Assembly (NCBI GenBank): GCA_038237845.1
Contig: JBBRYH010000003.1
Coordinates: 80,483-144,482 of the forward strand
Direction of reading: 5' to 3'
Source: Bacteroidia bacterium
GTDB lineage: Bacteria; Bacteroidota; Bacteroidia; Palsa-965
Length of the DNA stretch: 64,000 nt
Shown here: positions 50,201-59,102 of the stretch, piece after piece
How positions within the stretch are numbered: position 1 is the first letter of the stretch
Layout: each line of letters starts with the position of its first letter
Translations under genes and position numbers: made by a program
The notes under the pieces: model-generated
Told to the model about the DNA's origin: nothing
Seen by the model: the letters and a program-made list of their open reading frames with translations, nothing else
The model's database searches: none

Positions 50201-50352
50201 ACACCGATGATATTAATAAACCATGGAATGGAACAGTTGCCGGTAAGAGCGGGCAAATCTGCGAGGAAGATGTTTATGTTTGGAAAGCTACAGTCGTTGA
50301 CGTATTTGACAAAAAACATAAGTTCATCGGTCACGTTTCATTGATCCGATAA
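47272..50352 (+). CDS. giant secreted protein with SprB repeats, PKD domain and gliding-motility-associated (T9SS type-B) C-terminal domain
   Basis: 1026 aa. Signal peptide MKKIYFLLCLVLASFAFTTNTFAQ. Multiple SprB-type repeats (VTPSGGIAPYDFVWTD.., CTLNGGTAPYAYQWSAN..). PKD-like module (CAPLNVSFTNTTAGSTNCLWDFGDNS). Type-B CTD (YFPNAFTPDGDGINEGF...WIFDRWGNQLY...PWNG). Confidence 0.8.
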   Translation: MKKIYFLLCLVLASFAFTTNTFAQVANDDCFGATPLGTLGAPAPCPSGLGAVSTFNNLTNVNSVTEMPYTTLINCQPSNNTPMASPATDVWFSFVNNGNALNITINGNIVNPNVAVYQGGCAGLIGRGCAIGSGNSLTVQFDQMTIGTTYYIQVSGGTPADQGTFTMTLQNVNSCSDCLLASSMTVNPLPTNGTYQGGTTVTFCFTISQWDQQNTNWLHAVIPTFGSGWNLGSLTGLVGAATCDGGPGVWSWFNNVNTPNGNGILSGFFFDGDIVQGGPNGNPTDNFGDNCTGLVNWTFCWTITADLCPPGNNGDDLSITVDTFGDGETGNWTNVACIADPVYQFNASLACCAPPQMVQTNVLCFGGNNGSVTATAVGTGPWDYTWYNSSNTVLQTSLGNAGANTINNLTAGTYHVTVVDNNNGCTTTTTVTITQPTQLTLNTTFTPAACNQANGTATVTPSGGIAPYDFVWTDALNNVLQTANNLPGANTLNNLAAGTYNILVTDANNCLSNVSVTVTGVPGSLADVTDSIPASCFGTCDGSATCTLNGGTAPYAYQWSANAANQVTATATNLCVGTYTVNYSDVNNCSGNATVVVTGPPAVTSTVAAAPTTICIGQSSNLTATPAGGTGSGYTYVWTPVGTGNTQVVSVSPIVTTTYTVVVSDGNGCSAPPATVTVTVNPAINVTLGANPTTVCLGSPSVLTANGSGGNGGPYTYSWLPVGTAGNTITANVSPTVTTTYTVIISDGCTIPNDSAFVTVTVNPLPVVTYTGTPLTGCAPLNVSFTNTTAGSTNCLWDFGDNSTSVNCGPIVSHTYLSPGCYDVTLTVIDATGCIGTLMLPNYVCVDANVLAQFSASPQPTNIFNTNINFTDQSTGSPITWTWYFGTLDSAFVQNPTYNFPGDAAGCYDVVLIANNAANCPGSDTMQVCIDPDYVIYFPNAFTPDGDGINEGFIGVGEGIKKYEMWIFDRWGNQLYYTDDINKPWNGTVAGKSGQICEEDVYVWKATVVDVFDKKHKFIGHVSLIR
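48620..50352. repeat. duplicated 3' segment, copy A (paralogous to 53030..54751)
   Basis: Roughly 75-85% nucleotide identity at its 5' end, rising to about 95% over the last ~930 bp, versus copy B. Identity is visible by eye over long runs, for example the runs beginning ...ggaaatacaattac.gc.aacgtttc.ccaac.gttacgacaacttataccgtaattatttctgatggttgtac. Confidence 0.8.
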
Positions 50353-50377
50353 AGTATTTTCAAATCAAAATTTTAGA

Positions 50378-50420
50378 ACAGATTCCTTTTTCCTAACAGA
50401 AATTGGAATCTGTTTTTTTT
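50378..50420 (+). terminator. rho-independent terminator after the first type-B adhesin gene
   Basis: ACAGATTCC-...-GGAATCTGT hairpin followed by T8. Confidence 0.7.
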
Positions 50421-50575
50421 ATGCCAAATAATCATATAACTAGCCATTTGCTAAGTTCCTGGATTTAATTGCATTAGACTTGTTTTTTTTATATATTTGA
50501 AAGTCCCTGAAACTCGTTTTGACTAAAGGCAATTCAGAAATCAGGTATTTGTTAGTGAATGAAAAATTCCCCAAG

Positions 50576-53500
50576 ATGAAACACTTTACTACGATCAAAA
50601 TTGCCTTCCTATTTTGTTTGTTTTCATTTTCTGCCATTGCGCAAATGGAACAACCTTCCAATGGTTTTCTAAAGAAACTTGGAGAACAATCGAATGCAGC
50701 ATTTGTTGAAAATGCTGGGCAGTTAAATAATATTGAGGGGCTTAAAGGGGAAGATGTTCTTTTCAGTTTTACGGATGACAGAGGATTGACTGCCTATTTT
50801 ACTAATTCAGGCGTTTTCTATAAAGTATTCAATAGAGTTCAAGTTACAGAAGAGGAATATGAGCGTGAGATGAAGAAAAAAGGGGGAACGAATTTTGAAG
50901 AAAATGAACCAGGCGAAAAAGACAAACCAAAATTTATTGTAAAGTCTTCTTTGGTTGAAATGAATTGGATTGGTGGTAATGATCACGCAAAAATTTACGG
51001 GAAAGAACAAACAGGCAATTACTTCAATTTTTATATGCCTGAAATTGATAGAGACAAAGTCATTGGATATGTAAATGGTTTCAAAAAATTAGTTTATGAA
51101 AATATTTATCCATTCATCGACATTGAATATTCAGTTCATCCTGAAAAAGGGTTAAAGTATTCCTACATCTTGCATCCTGGTGCTAATCCATCATTAATTC
51201 AAATGAATTACAAAGGCGCTACAATCAAAAAAGATGAAGCGGGAAATATTATTATTTCAACAGGAAACGGGAACATCACAGATTTTGCGCCGCAAACTTA
51301 TAAAGGCTTACAAACTGAAGGAAATATTATTGATTCTCAATTTGAACTCAAAAAGTCAAATACTATTTCATTCAGTTTTGCAAATGACCATGATCCAATT
51401 ACTCAAACAATTGTAATCGATCCTTGGCAAGTTGGGCCTAACTTCCCTGCTGCAAGCTATACTCCTAACGATCTTTCTGTAGATGGCGCTGGAAATATTT
51501 ATGTGTATTCCATTAACACCGCTACCTCTTCACGTATTGACAAATACAGTCCTGCAGGTGTATTCATTTGGACTTTCAACTTAGGAACGAATGCTGGTTA
51601 TTCTATTTTTCAAGGTGATGTAGCTTCTGATCCAGCAGGTAATGTTTACGTTTCAATTGGATTAGGTCCCAATAATAACACTGCATTTTACAACACGATT
51701 AAAATAAATCCTGCTGGTTCTGCTTTATTATGGGGAAATGCATCTGCAGGTACTGGTGCAAATAATATGATGGAAACTTGGACCATTACATTCAATTGTA
51801 GTTTTTCTCAGTTCTATCAATCAGGAGGCGGACGAATTGTTGCGGGAACTACCTACTTCAACATGAGTGTTGAAGAACCCGTGAATGCTGCAACAGGTGT
51901 AGAAGGTACATTGGTTGAAAACGATTCCTTAGGTGATATTTATTGCACGTATTACGCACCAAATAATTTTATCTATCACATGACTGGTGACAGTAATGTC
52001 ACACCCAATTTAGCAGGCGGATTAATAGCAGCTACTTCTGGATCAGATAATAATTTGATTTGTTTTAATGCTGCAACCGGAGTTCGAATGTTTCGTGTTC
52101 ATACAGGATATGCTTATGTAGATGGAGATGTGAAAGCTCCAGGATCTGTAGGTATGAATGCAATTACTTCTAATTGCCAATATTTATATACAACAAATGG
52201 ATCAAAATTAGATAGATGGGATCCTGTTACAGGCGCACACTTTAATCAAGTAACAATTCCAGGTGGCAGTACAACTCCCGGAACTGTTAATGCAGGAATT
52301 ACTACTGACAAATGCGGTAATATTTTTGTTGGGTCGGCCAATAATATTTATGAATATGATGCCACATTGAATTTGATCAATACAATTGGCGGACTCCCCG
52401 GTGTTGTATTTGATTTAGCTTGGGCAAATGCAGCAAATACCTCGCTCGCTGTTTGTGGAGGAACATCCAATGCAACTACTTTCCTTGCAAATGTTGCAGT
52501 AACCGCATGTGTCTTGCCAAACTTCGTTACTGTCACAGCAGTCCAACCTTCTTGCGCTGTACCAACTGGATCAGCAACAGCCACGGCAACTTTCTGTGGT
52601 GGACCTTACACCTACTCATGGAGTGATGGACAAACTACACAAACTGCAACTGGATTACCTCCAGGAACATATACAGTTACTGTCTCCTCTTCGGTTTCAT
52701 GTCCTTACTCTTATGTTCAAACACAAACTGTAACTATTGTCCCAGGATCTGGAACATTATCAACTGCTCAAACAAGCAACGACAATTTGTGTAATGCTGG
52801 TTGTGCAGGCTCAGCTACTGTTACACCTTCAGGCGGACTAGCACCATATACTTACGCGTGGTCGCCAAGCGGAGGAAACGCTGCTACTGCAACTGGACTT
52901 TGCGCAGGAACATACACCTGTGCAGTTACTGATGCCTCTGGTTGTGCAACTACAGTTTCATTTACAATTACTGCACCACCACCAATTGTACTAGCGAGTA
53001 CATCTGTAGGTGCGAGTTGTAATCAAACAAATGGTTCTGCAACTGTAACGCCAAGTGGTGGAACAGGACCATATGATTTTGTTTGGACTGATGCATCGAA
53101 TACTGTTTTACAAACAGCAAACAATGTAGCTGGAGCAAATACATTAAATAATATTGGAACTGGAACTTACAACGTACTCGTAACGGATGCCAATAATTGC
53201 CTATCGAGTATTTCGGTAATTGTTTCTGGTGCACCTGGCGGTATTACTAGTGTTATGACGAACGCTGCAGTAGTTTGTTTCGGAGATTGTAATGGAACAG
53301 CAACTGCAACAGTAAGTGGTGGAACAGGTCCTTACACTTATCAATGGAGTGCAAATGCCGCGAATCAAACGACTATAACTGCAACGAATCTTTGCGTTGG
53401 AACATACACTGTAAATTACTCCGATGTAAACAACTGCTCAGGAACAGATACTGTAACAGTTACTGGACCGACACAAGTAACAGCAACAATTGTCGCTGCA

Positions 53501-54751
53501 CCTGCTACAATTTGTATTGGACAATCTTCAACACTTACAGCAACACCTGCTGGCGGTTCAGGAGTTGGTTATACTTATGTGTGGAGTCCTGTTGGAACTG
53601 GAACAACACAAAGTGTTTCTGTATCTCCAATCGTTACCACAACTTATACCGTTGTTGCAACAGATGGAAATGGATGTCCAGGCGCTCCTGTAACCATTAC
53701 AGTTACTGTCAATCCTCCTGTGAATGTTACACTCCTTGCTAATCCAAGTCCTGTTTGCATTGGATCACCTTCTACATTAACTGCTACACCGAATGGTGGA
53801 AATGGCGGACCTTACACTTACAGTTGGTTACCAGTAGGGACTGCAGGAAATACAATTACAGCAAACGTTTCACCAACAGTTACGACAACTTATACCGTAA
53901 TTATTTCTGATGGTTGTACCACTCCGAATGATTCTGCTTTTGTAACCGTTACCATAAATCCTGCACCAATTGTAACATTTACTGGAACACCACTTACAGG
54001 TTGTGCTCCATTAAACGTTTCGTTTACCAATACAACAGCAGGTAGTACAAATTGTCTTTGGGATTTCGGTGATAATTCAACTTCTGTAAATTGTGGACCA
54101 ATTGTTTCACATACTTACTTGAGTCCTGGTTGTTATGATGTATCACTTACGATAACAGATGCAACAGGATGTATAGGAACATTGATGTTACCGAACTACG
54201 TTTGTGTAGATGCAAATGTTCTCGCGCAATTCAGTGCAAGTCCACAACCAACAAACATTTTCAATACCCACATCAATTTTACTGATCAATCAACTGGTGC
54301 ACCAATAACATGGACTTGGTATTTTGGGACTTTAGATAGCGCTTTTGTGCAAAATCCAACTTACAATTTCCCTAGTGATGCTTCTGGCTGTTATGATGTA
54401 GTTTTGATTGCAAACAATGCTGCAAATTGCCCTGATTCAGATACGATGCAAGTTTGTATTGATCCTGATTATGTAATTTATTTCCCTAATGCATTTACGC
54501 CGGATGGCGATGGTATTAATGAAGGATTTATTGGTGTTGGAGAAGGCATTAAGAAATATGAAATGTGGGTTTTCGATCGTTGGGGTAATCAATTATATTA
54601 CACAGATGATATAAATAAACCATGGAACGGAACCGTTGAAGGTAAGAGCGGACAAATCTGCCAGGAAGATGTTTATGTTTGGAAAGCAACTGTCGTTGAC
54701 GTATTTGACAAAAAACATAAGTTCATCGGTCACGTTTCATTGATCAAATAA
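50576..54751 (+). CDS. giant secreted protein with N-terminal beta-propeller-like region, SprB repeats, PKD domain and T9SS type-B C-terminal domain (paralog of 47272..50352)
   Basis: Signal peptide MKHFTTIKIAFLFCLFSFSAIAQ (ATG at 50576; the longest ORF starts at 50519). A unique N-terminal ~800 aa. The C-terminal ~575 aa is 75-96% identical to the upstream gene, including its PKD module and type-B CTD. Confidence 0.8.
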   Translation: MKHFTTIKIAFLFCLFSFSAIAQMEQPSNGFLKKLGEQSNAAFVENAGQLNNIEGLKGEDVLFSFTDDRGLTAYFTNSGVFYKVFNRVQVTEEEYEREMKKKGGTNFEENEPGEKDKPKFIVKSSLVEMNWIGGNDHAKIYGKEQTGNYFNFYMPEIDRDKVIGYVNGFKKLVYENIYPFIDIEYSVHPEKGLKYSYILHPGANPSLIQMNYKGATIKKDEAGNIIISTGNGNITDFAPQTYKGLQTEGNIIDSQFELKKSNTISFSFANDHDPITQTIVIDPWQVGPNFPAASYTPNDLSVDGAGNIYVYSINTATSSRIDKYSPAGVFIWTFNLGTNAGYSIFQGDVASDPAGNVYVSIGLGPNNNTAFYNTIKINPAGSALLWGNASAGTGANNMMETWTITFNCSFSQFYQSGGGRIVAGTTYFNMSVEEPVNAATGVEGTLVENDSLGDIYCTYYAPNNFIYHMTGDSNVTPNLAGGLIAATSGSDNNLICFNAATGVRMFRVHTGYAYVDGDVKAPGSVGMNAITSNCQYLYTTNGSKLDRWDPVTGAHFNQVTIPGGSTTPGTVNAGITTDKCGNIFVGSANNIYEYDATLNLINTIGGLPGVVFDLAWANAANTSLAVCGGTSNATTFLANVAVTACVLPNFVTVTAVQPSCAVPTGSATATATFCGGPYTYSWSDGQTTQTATGLPPGTYTVTVSSSVSCPYSYVQTQTVTIVPGSGTLSTAQTSNDNLCNAGCAGSATVTPSGGLAPYTYAWSPSGGNAATATGLCAGTYTCAVTDASGCATTVSFTITAPPPIVLASTSVGASCNQTNGSATVTPSGGTGPYDFVWTDASNTVLQTANNVAGANTLNNIGTGTYNVLVTDANNCLSSISVIVSGAPGGITSVMTNAAVVCFGDCNGTATATVSGGTGPYTYQWSANAANQTTITATNLCVGTYTVNYSDVNNCSGTDTVTVTGPTQVTATIVAAPATICIGQSSTLTATPAGGSGVGYTYVWSPVGTGTTQSVSVSPIVTTTYTVVATDGNGCPGAPVTITVTVNPPVNVTLLANPSPVCIGSPSTLTATPNGGNGGPYTYSWLPVGTAGNTITANVSPTVTTTYTVIISDGCTTPNDSAFVTVTINPAPIVTFTGTPLTGCAPLNVSFTNTTAGSTNCLWDFGDNSTSVNCGPIVSHTYLSPGCYDVSLTITDATGCIGTLMLPNYVCVDANVLAQFSASPQPTNIFNTHINFTDQSTGAPITWTWYFGTLDSAFVQNPTYNFPSDASGCYDVVLIANNAANCPDSDTMQVCIDPDYVIYFPNAFTPDGDGINEGFIGVGEGIKKYEMWVFDRWGNQLYYTDDINKPWNGTVEGKSGQICQEDVYVWKATVVDVFDKKHKFIGHVSLIK
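53030..54751. repeat. duplicated 3' segment, copy B (paralogous to 48620..50352)
   Basis: See copy A. Includes a near-identical CTD-coding region. Confidence 0.8.
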
Positions 54752-54774
54752 ACACAACTATTAATAAAAATATT

Positions 54775-54816
54775 ACAGATTCCAGATTTTCATAAATCTG
54801 GAATCTGTTTTTTAAG
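54775..54816 (+). terminator. rho-independent terminator after the second type-B adhesin gene
   Basis: ACAGATTCCAGATTT-tcat-AAATCTGGAATCTGT hairpin followed by T6. It shares its GGAATCTGTTTTTT 3' arm with the 50378..50420 terminator. Confidence 0.7.
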
Positions 54817-54828
54817 GAACTTTGCACT

Positions 54829-55338
54829 ATGACACAGATAAGAACTTTAGTAATGAATTCAAAACAGGTTGGGCAGCGATTGAATCGATTGGCTTGGCAG
54901 GTTTATGAGAATTGTTATAATGAAAAGGATATTATAGTTGCAGGAATTTCAGGGAATGGTTTTATTCTCGCTACGCGACTTGCAAAGTTGCTTGGTGAAA
55001 TTTCTCCTCTTCAAATAAAATTGTGTGAAATAAAAATTTCCAAAGATGCGCCGCTTGATGGCCAAGCGTCTATTGATTTAGATAAAAAAGAGATTGAAGG
55101 CAAAACCGTAATTGTGGTAGATGATGTTTCAAACTCAGGTCGTACGTTGATGTATGGTGTCAAGCTTTTCTTGGAGTCGCCTGTAAAATCGTTATTGACG
55201 CTTGTGTTGGTAGACCGGGATCATAATCGGTTTCCAGTTAAGACTAATTTTGTGGGGTTGTCTTTAGCTACAACCATGCAGGAGCATATTTCTGTTGAAA
55301 TAGAATCAAATGGAGAAGCTTCCGTATATTTGGACTAG
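54829..55338 (+). CDS. phosphoribosyltransferase-family protein (PyrR-like)
   Basis: 169 aa. PRPP-binding motif VIVVDDVSNSGRTL. Type-I PRTase fold. Confidence 0.7.
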   Translation: MTQIRTLVMNSKQVGQRLNRLAWQVYENCYNEKDIIVAGISGNGFILATRLAKLLGEISPLQIKLCEIKISKDAPLDGQASIDLDKKEIEGKTVIVVDDVSNSGRTLMYGVKLFLESPVKSLLTLVLVDRDHNRFPVKTNFVGLSLATTMQEHISVEIESNGEASVYLD

Positions 55339-55380
55339 AAAAGTAGGGAATGAGATTGGTGACAAGAGACAAGTATATTA

Positions 55381-56691
55381 ATGCTTATTAAGTTGAAAAA
55401 GCTTTCCCTCCTATTTTTTGTATTTATTGGTCTTTCCTTAAGTCTTAGGGCTAATCCATTTCCATTAAATAGACATTTAAAAACACTTTTGGATAGTGGG
55501 GAATATTTTCAATTCAGACATGATTTTGAAGAGGAGATACCCGCTTCTAGCTATGCAGAAAAGTGGTTTTGGGAGCCCGAACATTTGTATTTCCTAGCCT
55601 GGGATAATTACCTTTTTAATAAATCAAAAACTTCAAATCATAATATTGAATCTTTATTAAGCGATTCGAAATTCACTTGTCCGGATTCGATTATTGCGGA
55701 GATGCTACAACTTCATTATCAGAATGATTTAAGGTTGTTTCAATACAAAACAGCGGATTCAATTTGCAACATTTTATTATTCCGGTTTCCATCTGTAATT
55801 GATCCGCAAGTGTTAGCTGGAATTAAAAACTCTTCGCAAATTACAGCTGCTTTAATTTCCGTTCCGCCACAGACCATTGAACGAAATGGTGAATTAGTTG
55901 TAAAATACAAAAGGGACATTGCGAATCTGATAAAGGTTCCGGTGACGATGAATAATAAGTCTGATGATTTTATTTTTGATACCGGTGCCAATTTCTCAAC
56001 AATCAGCGAATCAGAAGCTAAAAAAATGAATGTCCATATGCTGAATGCAACGTTCGGTGTTATGAGTTCATCAAAAGCATCTGTTTCCACAGGCTTAGGT
56101 GTTGCTGACAAATTAGAAATTGGAAATGTTATTTTCAGGAATGTTGTATTTCTAGTAATGCCTGATAAAGCATTAAAATTTTTAGGTGGGCTTTATAAAA
56201 TCAAAGGGATAATTGGCTTACCTGTTATTGCACAAATGGGCCAGATAGAAATAAGAAAAAATCACAACATAATTGGTACAACAGCTGTCATTGAAAATCA
56301 CATTTTAAATCTTGGTCTGGAAGGCAATACTCCTTTCGTTGCTGCAACATTTTTTGAGAAAGAACATATTTATATTTTTGATACTGGAGCTGCGGCTTCC
56401 GTTTTTGGAAAACGATTTAATGCTGCTTATGCCGAAAAACTTACTACCGCAAAGGATGGAACCGCGCATGTGGGAGGTGCAGGTGGCGTTCAAAAAGTGG
56501 TCACCAGAACTGCAAAAAACATTTCATATAATTTCGGAAAGGGAAATAGTGTTTTAAAGGTAATTTCAATTCAGTTAAATGGGGTTTCTGATGCGATAGG
56601 AAATTTTTATGGAATAATAGGAGAAGATGTTTTTATGCATTGGGAAGTGATGACAATAAATTTCGATTTAATGTTTGTGGAAGTTAGATAA
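55381..56691 (+). CDS. secreted retropepsin-like aspartic protease with two DTG active-site motifs in one chain
   Basis: 436 aa. Signal peptide. Two separate catalytic-type motifs, FIFDTGANFSTIS and IYIFDTGAAASVFG, each followed by GxxG-like flaps. This suggests a single-chain pseudo-dimer. Confidence 0.6.
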   Translation: MLIKLKKLSLLFFVFIGLSLSLRANPFPLNRHLKTLLDSGEYFQFRHDFEEEIPASSYAEKWFWEPEHLYFLAWDNYLFNKSKTSNHNIESLLSDSKFTCPDSIIAEMLQLHYQNDLRLFQYKTADSICNILLFRFPSVIDPQVLAGIKNSSQITAALISVPPQTIERNGELVVKYKRDIANLIKVPVTMNNKSDDFIFDTGANFSTISESEAKKMNVHMLNATFGVMSSSKASVSTGLGVADKLEIGNVIFRNVVFLVMPDKALKFLGGLYKIKGIIGLPVIAQMGQIEIRKNHNIIGTTAVIENHILNLGLEGNTPFVAATFFEKEHIYIFDTGAAASVFGKRFNAAYAEKLTTAKDGTAHVGGAGGVQKVVTRTAKNISYNFGKGNSVLKVISIQLNGVSDAIGNFYGIIGEDVFMHWEVMTINFDLMFVEVR

Positions 56692-56702
56692 ATTAAATTT
56701 TT

Positions 56703-57728
56703 ATGGAAATTGGTATTGATAGTTTTGCAGCCGTAAATTCTGGAACAAATGCAAGCGATTCGAGCAGTAGCGCCGAATCCATTTCACGTTTACTTGATCG
56801 AATAGAACACGCAGATAAATCAGGATTAGATGTATTTGGAATTGGTGAGCATCATCGCAAAGAGTTTTTGGATTCAGCAAATACATTAATATTAGCTGCG
56901 GCTGCGGCCAGAACAAAAAATATAATTCTGACAAGTGCAGTTACGGTTCTTAGCGCATCAGATCCGGTTCGCGTATTTCAAAATTTTGCAACGCTTGATT
57001 TAATTTCAAATGGTCGTGCAGAAATGGTTGTTGGTCGCGGATCATTTACAGAAGCCTTTCCATTATTTGGCTTAAGCTTGGACGACTATGACGAATTGTT
57101 CACTGAAAAGCTGGATCTCTTACTAAACATTCGAAAAAACGAAACCGTAAACTGGTCTGGTCAATTTAGAGCTTCTTTAAAAAATCAAGCAATTTATCCA
57201 CGTCCAGTTCAAAAAAATATTCCGATTTGGCTTGGCGTTGGCGGCACACCAGAATCATTTGCAAGAGCAGGTCAATTAGGTTTGCCATTAATGGTTGCAG
57301 TAATTGGAGGAGATACGCATCGCTTTCGACCCTTAGTTGATTTGTACAGAGAGGCTGGTAAACGAGCAGGTTTTGCTCCTGAACAATTAAAAGTTGGTTT
57401 GCATTCTCTTGGCTATGTCAGTACTTCAACTGAAGAGTCAATTGAAGAATACTATCCGGGTTATGCAGAAACATTCACAAGAATTGGCAAAGAACGTGGC
57501 TGGCCTCCCGTGACTAAAGAACGTTTTCTTGCACAAACTGGTCCACTTGGCGCGTTAGTTGTGGGTAATCCAGAAGAGGTAGCTGCAAAAATTCTGCGTC
57601 ATAGTGAAGCGTTGGGGGGAATCTCCCGTTTCTGTTTTCAAATGGACAATGCAGGACTTTCACATGAAAAACTGCTCCAATCTATTTCATTAATAAGTAA
57701 AGTGAAATTGATTGTAAACAAAAATTAA
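56703..57728 (+). CDS. LLM-class (luciferase-like) flavin-dependent oxidoreductase
   Basis: 341 aa. TIM-barrel LLM hallmarks (N-terminal MEIGIDSFA..., and the AAAAARTKNIILTSAVTVLSASDPVRVFQNFATLDLISNGRAEMVVGRG segment). Confidence 0.75.
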   Translation: MEIGIDSFAAVNSGTNASDSSSSAESISRLLDRIEHADKSGLDVFGIGEHHRKEFLDSANTLILAAAAARTKNIILTSAVTVLSASDPVRVFQNFATLDLISNGRAEMVVGRGSFTEAFPLFGLSLDDYDELFTEKLDLLLNIRKNETVNWSGQFRASLKNQAIYPRPVQKNIPIWLGVGGTPESFARAGQLGLPLMVAVIGGDTHRFRPLVDLYREAGKRAGFAPEQLKVGLHSLGYVSTSTEESIEEYYPGYAETFTRIGKERGWPPVTKERFLAQTGPLGALVVGNPEEVAAKILRHSEALGGISRFCFQMDNAGLSHEKLLQSISLISKVKLIVNKN

Positions 57729-57755
57729 AACATCACTTTAAAGCTTTTAAATATT

Positions 57756-58724
57756 TTGATTAGATTTTTTTTTCTTCATCTCTTTATTTTCGCAAGTCAA
57801 ATGGTATTTGCTCAAAATACTTTGACTGAAATTAAGGTGCGTAGTTCTAATCCCGGTCATTTAAAAATGTTTATTCATATTCCGAAGAATCACAGGGACA
57901 GTTTAAAACAAATGCCTTTAGTTGTAGCACTCCATGGCTGCACACAAAATGCAAATGAAATTGCCGTACAATCAGATTGGAATAAATTGGCAGATTATTA
58001 TGGATTTTATGTTCTCTATCCGCAACAAAATTTCCTAAACAACCCCAATGAATGTTTTGATTGGTTCAATAAAAATGACATTGAAAAAAATAAAGGCGAA
58101 GTTTATTCTATAAAACAAATGATTGATTTTGTAATAGACACTTTTTCTATTGATACCACCCGCATCTTTGCTTACGGATTATCCGCTGGCGCTGCTATGA
58201 GCGTTGCCTTGTTGGCAGATTATCCCTATTTGTTTAGTGCAGGTGCAATTCTAGCAGGAGGACCTTACATGGCTGCTACTAATCCTACAGCCGGTTTAGT
58301 ATCTATGACATCACCAAAAAACAAAACATCAAAACAATTAGGCGAAGTTGTATTAAAACAAAATCCTGATTACAAAGGAAAATATCCAAAGATCATTATT
58401 GTGCATGGAAAAAAAGATCCTGTGGTAAATATCAAAAATTCCTACCAATTAATTCAGCAATAGACTTATGTAAATCAAACAGACACCATTGCTGATTCTA
58501 CACTACATGCTTTTGCTAACCATCCTGACATTACAAAATATAGTTATACTAACAAATCAAATGCTGAAGTGGTCATTTTTTATGAAGTAGAAAATCTAGG
58601 TCATGCCTTAATGGTTGATCCAGGTGAAGAAATTACGCAAGGTGGAACGACTGGTATTTTTTCTGTCGACATGAATTTTTTTAGCACCTATTGGATAGCA
58701 AAAGATTTCGGTCTGATAAAATGA
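57756..58724 (+). pseudogene. PHB-depolymerase-family esterase (alpha/beta hydrolase) interrupted by an in-frame TAG at 58461-58463
   Basis: Signal peptide. LVVALHGCTQNANE...NPNECFDWF and the nucleophile elbow GLSAG. Asp-loop HGKKDPVV. Then TAG. The same frame stays open for 87 more codons to TGA at 58722-58724 and encodes ...ENLGHALMVDPGE, the expected catalytic-His motif. Confidence 0.55.
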
Positions 58725-59101
58725 GATTCAACAAAAAATACTTAGCGCTGACAATTTTAATCTTTTTGATTGAGTTGATGATTGCTCTTTTTTTACATGA
58801 CAAAATTATCCGACCCTATATCGGCGATGTACTGGTTGTAATTCTGATTTTTTGTTTCTTTAGAATTTTTCTCAACGCCCCTACTCCGCGCTTAGCCATT
58901 TACGTATTTATATTTGCCTGCTGCATCGAAACCTTGCAATACTTTCATCTGGTAAATAGACTTGGATTAGAAAAAATAAAAATTGCAAGAATAATTATTG
59001 GAACATCCTTTTCCTGGTATGATATTGTATCCTACTTTATTGGTTTTCTAATAATAATATTGGCTAATCGAATATTTAATCAAAAGGTAAAACGAACTTA
59101 A
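58721..59101 (+). CDS. small integral membrane protein (DUF2809-like)
   Basis: About 126 aa, four TM helices. The IRPYIGDVLVVILIF motif is reminiscent of DUF2809. The longest ORF starts at 58691. The ATG at 58721 is favoured because it overlaps the esterase stop. Confidence 0.4.
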   Translation: MRFNKKYLALTILIFLIELMIALFLHDKIIRPYIGDVLVVILIFCFFRIFLNAPTPRLAIYVFIFACCIETLQYFHLVNRLGLEKIKIARIIIGTSFSWYDIVSYFIGFLIIILANRIFNQKVKRT

Positions 59102-59102
59102 T

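Noticed and set aside
52348-53742. ORFs 52348..52584(-), 52420..52626(+), 52509..52733(+), 52968..53234(-), 53344..53742(+), 53490..53693(+) within the second type-B adhesin gene
   Set aside because: They are alternate-frame readings of repetitive SprB-repeat coding DNA. The 132-aa Cys/Asn/Trp-rich product is implausible.
48620-54751. Whether the two near-identical 3' segments could be the template/variable repeats of a diversity-generating retroelement
   Set aside because: The repeats are about 1.7 kb, far longer than DGR TR/VR pairs. Differences are spread over all four bases, not concentrated at adenines. No reverse transcriptase or accessory gene is in the window. Gene duplication with gene conversion explains them.
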